Below are positions 7,243-12,753 of a stretch of DNA of 12,753 nt, in pieces. The notes beneath the pieces are model-generated. The model had not been told where the DNA came from and did not search any database. It saw nothing but the letters and a program-made list of their open reading frames with translations. Position numbers and translations under genes: made by a program. Origin of the DNA: Histomonas meleagridis 2922-C6/04-290x (taxonomy: Eukaryota > Protista > Parabasalia); NCBI GenBank assembly GCA_020184695.1, contig JAANOX010000160.1:1-12753 (forward strand). Reading direction: 5' to 3'. Positions within the stretch are counted from its first letter, which is position 1. The number at the start of each line of letters is the position of its first letter.

Positions 7243-7818
7243 CTATATAATCTTTATATTTATTTCCTTTTTTTTTCTTCTAATAACAAAAGTTGATTCA
7301 GAGTCGTTATCATAATTCCGAATTGTACCATAGTGGGAATTGACTTCAATTATTGTTAATCTATTGTTATTGATATATAGAATGTTCGGTTTTAATGTTT
7401 CAATAGTTTTGTGATCTTTATCTATTATTTTGGTGTTCCTGTCGAATATTATATTATTACCTTTATAATTATTTTCTTTGAGTCCTTTGATTATTTCTTC
7501 GACTATTGCATTATGTCTTTTAGTAGCTATATTTCTAATTTTTAAGCAACCATTGATTCTATGCATCAATGAATCATTTTGATTTAAGTTACATCTATTA
7601 CATTTAGGATTTATATTTAAATTATTGTTATTTAGGATTTCATTTGTCGGTAAATTATTACATCTTGCTAGAATTGCGAATTTAATGATATTATTACTTG
7701 TTGGTGCTCTAAAATCAGATAGTAAGAAATTTGTGTCAGCTGATTTATCTATTGTGCAAAAAGTATGTGCTTTAAATAATAACTTCTTAAGGTTATCTGC
7801 ATGTTTCTTTCGTGTCAT
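7243..7818 (-). pseudogene. CCHC zinc knuckle + restriction-like endonuclease fragment (copy B)
   Basis: C-x2-C-x9-H-x4-C (CNRCNLNQNDSLMHRINGC), KRHNAIV, LKPNILY...IIEVNSHYG. The catalytic PD is changed to PN. Confidence 0.88.
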
Positions 7819-8076
7819 TTTATTTGGATATTTTGTGATATCTTTTTCATTAATACATTCTTCTGTTTCTTCTTATTCTTCTTCATTTTCTTTTGTTTTT
7901 TTAATTTGATAAATAATACGATTGTTTTCTTCTAAATTTGGCTTAGAACCTACTTTTAAGTTATATAATGATTTTGTTGCTCTACAAAATGTACTATTTG
8001 TTTTACTATATGAATTTTGTATGATTTTACCCTTTTCATCAAATGGAATTCCAAAATAAGGTGAGTTTTCATTGAC

Positions 8077-8460
8077 TTAAATTTTCCTAAAATCTAATTC
8101 TTTGTACATTGTCATTCTAATAAAATTCCTAATGTTTATATCTTTTGATAATAATAAACCTGTATAAGTTCTTAATTGTAAAACATAATTTCTTTCTCTA
8201 AAAGACATTATACTTAAACCTCCTTCTTTATAATGTGTATAAAATAAATTTTTTGGTAATTTTTTCGTGTTTAATATTTGGTTTATTGATCCTATAATAA
8301 ATTCATCAAGTTTTTTAAGTTCTTTAATAGAGCATAAACCATTTAACATTTCAAAGTCTAATTGAAAAGTAATTATTCTATTAATTGCATCTATTATAAT
8401 TTTTCCATTTATCTATTGTTAATTTTCATTCTAATGTAGTTTTAACATATTTTAAATTTA
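8077..8460 (-). pseudogene. Post-RT thumb-region fragment (copy B)
   Basis: KLTID..KIIDAINRIITFQLDFEMLNG...LKKLDEFI...LPKNLFYTHYKEGGLS matches the segment that follows the RT core in RLE elements. Stops occur at 8426-8428 and 8077-8079. Confidence 0.72.
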
Positions 8461-8689
8461 AATAAAATTCTTCTGGTGTATGTATAATAATCTCATTGTT
8501 AATATCAATGTTAGTATTATTATTTAGTGGAATATTATTTTTATATTGATTATAGTTTTCTATTTTTTGATTAGTTTGTTGTGGTTCTTGTATATTTTGT
8601 CTTATTTCATCGTTGTTAGCATTTTCTTTTTTATTATTGTTTGAAGCTTTATTATCTTCTTTATTTTTATCTTGAATAAAGTTATAATT

Positions 8690-9350
8690 TCCGTTTGGTA
8701 CTATTATATCTATATCTTTGTAAATGTAATTAATTTTTGGTATAATAATATTAATATCTTTTCGTATTTCATTTATTTTCATGTTTGTAATGGTTATGTT
8801 TTTATCTTCATTGATATAATTAAATTTAGGTGTTTTAATATTAATTGTTTCATCAATAAATTTAATATCTGGTTTTGGAATATTAATCTTATTTTCTAAA
8901 AAATTGTGAAATAAGGTAATTGAATATTAAAGTCTTTATTGATTTGGTTCATTCTAAAGTTTGGAATATTAATTGTTTATTCTATAATTTTATAATTTGG
9001 TATAGTAATATTTTCTTCTACATTTTGAATATTGAATTTTGGTATTGGGACATTAACTTCGAATTCTTGTTTGAAATATTTAGGTGATAAAATATTGTTA
9101 ATTTCTTCATTTAAATTAAATTTTGGAATCTTAACATATTGATCTTTTTGTATAAAGTTAATTTTGGAAATTGATAATTTTTTGATTTCTTCGATTATTT
9201 CTATTTTTGGTAATTGAATATTTTCTTCATATTTTTCGATATTAAATTCTGGGATTATAATATCATTTTTCTTCTATTATTTTTATTAAAATGTGGTATT
9301 ATATCATCTTCTGGAAATATTTTAAAGTTTGGGATTCTAATGTTTATATC
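8690..9350 (-). repeat. Degenerate ~14-aa coding repeat (xIPKFN-like), about 15 units
   Basis: Across frameshifted frames: RIPNFK, IIPHFN, IIPEFN, QLPKIE, KIPKFN, PIPKFN, NIPNFR, NIPKPD, KTPKFN, IIPKIN, IVPNGN. Confidence 0.65.
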
Positions 9351-9459
9351 TTGTGAATTTAAATTGGGATTAGGTCTGTTATTAGGATTATCATTATCAC
9401 CTATAATAATTCCTAATGTTGGGAATTTATTGTTTTTGGATAAAAGAAATAGAAAACCA

Positions 9460-10098
9460 TCAAGAAAACAACATTTTTCTGAGCATATCACTATAATAAA
9501 CATTTGAGTTTGCGTGATCCGTGAGATGTAAACCATATTCATCAGAATTATTTAATTGTATTTTATTACAGAATGGACACTTAATATTAAAAATTATTCC
9601 TGGTTCCTCACTTTCTTCAATTTCATTATTATTAATGTTAAGTAAATTAACTATGTCTATATCTCTGAATCTCATATATGGTGCTAATTCAATTCTTCTC
9701 CCTTTATGAAACTTGTTTAAATGTATAAATAATTCTTCAACGCTTTCGTTTTGCCAAGTACAAAAAGGAAACCATGGACAAAATAATAATTCTTTTTTCA
9801 TATTATTTCGTATTGCTATCGGTAAGTTGTAGTATGTGAATCTTATTTCATTCCTCATTAAATTTATTTCATCTCCTGTTAGTGTTCTTGGTCTAAGCAT
9901 TATATCTTCTACTTCTGTATCTGTACAAGTTTCTTCATCATCTGCATAGTATTCTTGTTCATTTATTATCTTCATTGGATTTCTAATGCTATTTGTATTA
10001 GGGAGTACGATTGGTGCTGATTGTGGGTGTGTTTGGAATTTTGGTAATCGATCAGATCGAAATCTGATTTCGAAATTTTGTTCATGATCTGGACTCAT
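9460..10098 (-). pseudogene. N-terminal region of copy B ORF with two C2H2-like zinc fingers
   Basis: C-x5-C-x12-H-x4-H at 9780-9706 and C-x2-C-x13-H-x3-H at 9579-9514. The frame stays open about 45 codons upstream of ATG 10098. Confidence 0.75.
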
Positions 10099-10249
10099 AT
10101 TCTCTCTGAATGGTTCTGGACTGGTGTACGTTGTTTCTGTGTTGCTTGTTGTGTCCTCCGTTGAACTTTCTTCTGCATCTGATCGATCAGGATGGCCGGA
10201 CTCAAAAAAATGGGTTTCTTCTTGATAAATTTAGCATTATTAGGCTCTA

Positions 10250-10266
10250 TTTTTTTTTTTTTTTTT
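10250..10266 (-). other. Poly(A) tail of copy A (A17)
   Basis: T17 on the plus strand immediately 3' (minus-strand sense) of ...GCACAACACG, about 265 nt after the ORF stop. Confidence 0.75.
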
Positions 10267-10531
10267 CGTGTTGTGCATAGTTTCGAGCCTAAATGTTTAT
10301 CTCGGAGAGATAATCTGGTATGTTCCAAGATTCTCCAATGATCGTCGGAACTTATATGGTTCTGCTCCTCTCCGGGAGCTCTATCCAATGGTGCGCTTTT
10401 CCCCTCTCTAAGTTGCTCAGGTGAAAAAAATAAAAAATCCATTCCGCGCTGCTGGAATTTGGTGTTTATTTACGTGTGTTAGTGCTCATTTGGAATGAGT
10501 ATGTGTTGTATAATGACGCGTCCGTCTTAAT

Positions 10532-11164
10532 TTATTGTAGGTTAACCCTACTGTTATGATCAATGTTAGAACTGTTCTTTGGGGTGGTCGAAACCGTTTT
10601 AATAGATCGTGTCACTTTTGTTTTCTTCTTATTCTTTTTAATAGTAGAATCTTTAACTATTTCTTCTTTCTTTTTTGCATTGATCGCGTATTGCAAAAGT
10701 CTAGATGATCGTACAACTCTTGTTCGTCTTTTTAACTCGTTAATACTTTTTCCTTTAAGTATTGAGTTCATCTTCGTCAAGTTATCTTCTTTCTTCTTCT
10801 TTTTGTTCTTGTCTATAATAAAGATCTTTTCTTTCATTATAGATTTTTGTATATTATCTTCTTTGATCGGTTTATTGTACTTCCTCTCTGCTTCATTTAA
10901 TGCGAATTTCATGTATTCCTTTTGTTCTTCTTCATTGGTATCTGATGGTTCTGAGTTTGAAAAAATATCTGAAAAAGGTACTTCTTCTAATTCTTCATCT
11001 TCATCTTTATCTTCTTCTTCTTCTTCAGGATTATAATTATCTTCATCAATAACATTAAAGTCTTCTTCTTCTCTTTCTATATTGTTTATATTATTGTTAT
11101 TATTCTTATTTTTATTTTTATCTTTCTCATAAATTCTATAAAATATTAACATAGATTCTCTCAA
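10532..11164 (-). pseudogene. Acidic/basic C-terminal extension (copy A)
   Basis: Shares SDIFSNSEPSDTNEEE.K.Y..FAL.EAE.KYNK and the terminal HNSRVNL(P/Q)* with copy B. Confidence 0.8.
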
Positions 11165-11837
11165 TGCTCCAATAACACACCTTCTCGAAACTAAATGTAT
11201 TAATCTTTTTGTTTGCAGTAAAGAATTTCGTTAAATCTGTAGTAGGTTGATTCGGGATAATTCCTAATGATGAAATAATAATTATATAAAAATCTACTTC
11301 TATATTAAGTCTATTTTTTTTTTTTTTTATATAATCTCTATATTTTTCTTCTTTTTCTTTTCTTCTAATAATAAGAGTTGATTCAGAGTTGTTATCGAGA
11401 TTTCTGATTGTACCATACGGAGAATTGACTTCAATTAAAGTTAATCTATTGTTATTAATATACCATATGTCTGGTTTTAATGTTCCGATTGTTTTGTGAT
11501 TCATATCAATTACTTTTGTGTTTCTATTAAATATTATATTATTACCTTCATAATTATTTTCTTTAATTCCTTTAATTATTTCTTCTACTATTGCATTATG
11601 TCTTTTAGTAGTTAAATTTCTAATTTTTAAGCAACCATTAATTCTATGCATTAATGAATCATTTTGATTTAAATTACATCTATTGCATTTAGGATTTATA
11701 TTTGGGTTTTTCTTATTTAAGATTTCATTTGTTGGTAAATTGTTACATCTTGCTAAAATAGCGAACTTAATAATATTATTACTTGTTGGTGCTCTAAAAT
11801 TAGATAAAAAGAAGTTTGAATCAGTTGATTTATCCAT
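11136..11837 (-). pseudogene. CCHC knuckle + RLE domain (copy A), catalytic motif intact
   Basis: CNRCNLNQNDSLMHRINGC, KRHN, LKPDIWY...LIEVNSPYG...KEEKY, SSLGIIP. Frameshifted at both ends. Confidence 0.9.
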
Positions 11838-12069
11838 TGTACAGAAAGTATGTGCTTTAAATGGTAATTTCTTAAGGTTGTCTAGGTGTTTTTCGTATCA
11901 TTTTATTTAAATATTTTGTAATGTCTTTCTCATTAATAAATTCTTCTGTTTCTTCTTCCTCTTCTTTATTTTCTTTATTATCGATTTGATAGATAATACA
12001 ATTATTTTCTTCTGAGTTTGGTTTAAAACCTACTTTTAAGTTATATAATGCTTTTACCGCTCTACAAAA

Positions 12070-12112
12070 CACACACACAGCGGGGGCTCCATCCCTTCGG
12101 GATTTCACCCCG
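12070..12112. other. (CA)5 tract plus GC-rich stem-loop, right sub-terminal copy
   Basis: Outer stem CGGGG (12081-12085) / CCCCG (12108-12112), inner ATCCC-TTC-GGGAT (12091-12103). Inverted homolog of 3677-3713. Confidence 0.7.
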
Positions 12113-12214
12113 TTATAAAAAGATATATCATTTGCAGAATTACTTTGTCACAAGGACCGGTTTAATTTCAAAAAATTAATTATTTAAGACTTTGCTATGT
12201 GCTGATTTTATTTT

Positions 12215-12753
12215 TAAAAGTTGAATTTTGAAGTATATGTCCTTACATGATAATGATAAATATTAGGTTTTTAAAAGTTAGTATTTTGAAGTCATATATC
12301 CTTACATGATAATGATAATTCATATTACTTCAAAAATTATATTTTAAAATGATGTTCCCTGTTCCCGGATGTTCCGGGGGGAACAAACTTCATCTAAAAG
12401 TTGAGGGCAAAAGGCAAATCGGCAATAAGCAATCGGCAAAATGCTTTATGCTTATTAAATCAATTTCTATATTTATATATTCTCATATAAGAACTAGGAA
12501 GGAACATACTATAAAATACATGAATTATTAGGGGGATGTTTGTATATATATGCCAAAAATACGCCGTTAATGTTGCCCTGTTGCCAAAATCTGTTGCCCA
12601 GTTGCCCTTTGCCCCTAACTCTTAAGGTAATGTCATGATCCCGGGTACAAACAGGAACAAGGGGAACATTCAATTATCTATGAAATTCAAGGTTAATTTA
12701 CTGTACTTTTGATACGTTGAATATTAATTAAAAATAAGATTTCTTCAATACAG
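12215..12753 (-). repeat. Right terminal inverted repeat (539 bp)
   Basis: Reverse complement of 3085-3623, ending ...CTTCAATACAG at the last base of the window. Confidence 0.97.

Larger units (their letters stand above)
6223..10249 (-). mobile_element. RLE-type (R2/NeSL-like) non-LTR retroelement derivative, copy B; degenerate, RT core absent
   Basis: Order on the minus strand is two C2H2-like fingers, a low-complexity region, a thumb-like segment (LYTHYKEGGLS-type motif, here FYTHYKEGGLS), a CCHC knuckle, RHN, KP(N)...IIEV...YG, and an SSLGIIP RLE tail. There are many frameshifts and stops. The 3' end at CACG-AAA (6229-6223) aligns with the poly(A) junction of copy A. The 5' boundary is approximate. 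Confidence 0.82.
10250..12069 (-). mobile_element. 5'-truncated RLE-type non-LTR retroelement, copy A, with poly(A) tail
   Basis: Colinear with 6223-7990 at an offset of about 4.08 kb. Similarity stops abruptly at 12069. T17 lies at 10250-10266. Contains frameshifted fragments 11872-12069, 11136-11837 and 10532-11164. Confidence 0.88.
3085..12753. mobile_element. Putative non-autonomous long-TIR DNA element (9,669 bp) with cargo
   Basis: The region is bounded by 539-bp inverted repeats. No transposase, integrase, polB or capsid ORF is recognisable inside. The right flank lies outside the window, so a TSD cannot be confirmed. Two independent inverted copies of a shorter repeat remain an alternative. 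Confidence 0.6.

Noticed and set aside
9937-9948. YADD tetrapeptide as the RT catalytic motif
   Set aside because: It sits in an acidic low-complexity stretch upstream of the zinc fingers (EYYADDEETCTD) without the hydrophobic strand or other RT motifs.
10095-10442. 115-aa ORF as a true ORF1 of copy B
   Set aside because: It runs through copy A's 3' UTR and poly(A) (the KKKKK). The counterpart at 6358 is frameshifted and stops early. Fusion to the zinc-finger frame by one extra T at 10204-10210 is formally possible but less parsimonious.
6187-11910. Plus-strand ORFs over the retroelement region (e.g. 6187-6444, 7625-7909, 8672-8899, 9214-9507, 10563-11036, 11683-11910)
   Set aside because: Antisense to recognisable minus-strand domains, with the F/L/I/S-rich composition expected from reading A-rich coding DNA backwards.
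10244-12064. TAGAGC at both ends of copy A as a target-site duplication
   Set aside because: The hexamer near the 5' end is internal element sequence also present in copy B (TTTTGTAGAGC), so it is not flanking DNA.
11872-12108. 78-aa ORF starting MKSRRDGAPAVCV
   Set aside because: Chimeric: the start lies in the hairpin/CA flank and reads across the 5' truncation junction into retroelement sequence.
1-12753. Complete Maverick/Polinton
   Set aside because: No integrase, protein-primed polB, packaging ATPase, protease or capsid ORF is recognisable.

Overview
AT-rich, intron-free, eukaryotic-looking mobile-element landscape. A parabasalid such as Trichomonas or Tritrichomonas is my inference from gene content and is not shown directly. 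There are three parts. (1) 1-3084 is a minus-strand Prim-Pol primase + D5-like SF3 helicase gene of the kind carried by Maverick/Polinton-related elements. It really starts at 2518, is broken by one nonsense codon and one 1-nt frameshift, and has a 7x14-bp iteron-like array upstream. (2) 3085-12753 is bracketed by 539-bp inverted repeats (528/539 identical) with no transposase between them. Just inside each repeat is a conserved stem-loop with compensatory changes. The only intact long gene is a 662-aa protein with about 45 Q/N/P-rich 9-aa repeats fused to an RNase III domain in which three of four catalytic carboxylates are lysine. (3) Inside that unit, two diverged RLE-type (R2/NeSL-like) non-LTR retroelement copies lie head to tail on the minus strand. 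Copy B (6223-10249) keeps zinc fingers, thumb, CCHC and RLE but has no RT core. Copy A (10250-12069) is 5'-truncated with an A17 tail. The best candidate for an undescribed system is a long-TIR, non-autonomous element carrying a catalytically dead, prion-like RNase III next to a primase-helicase module that shares cis-motifs with it. No rRNA, tRNA or CRISPR array was seen.
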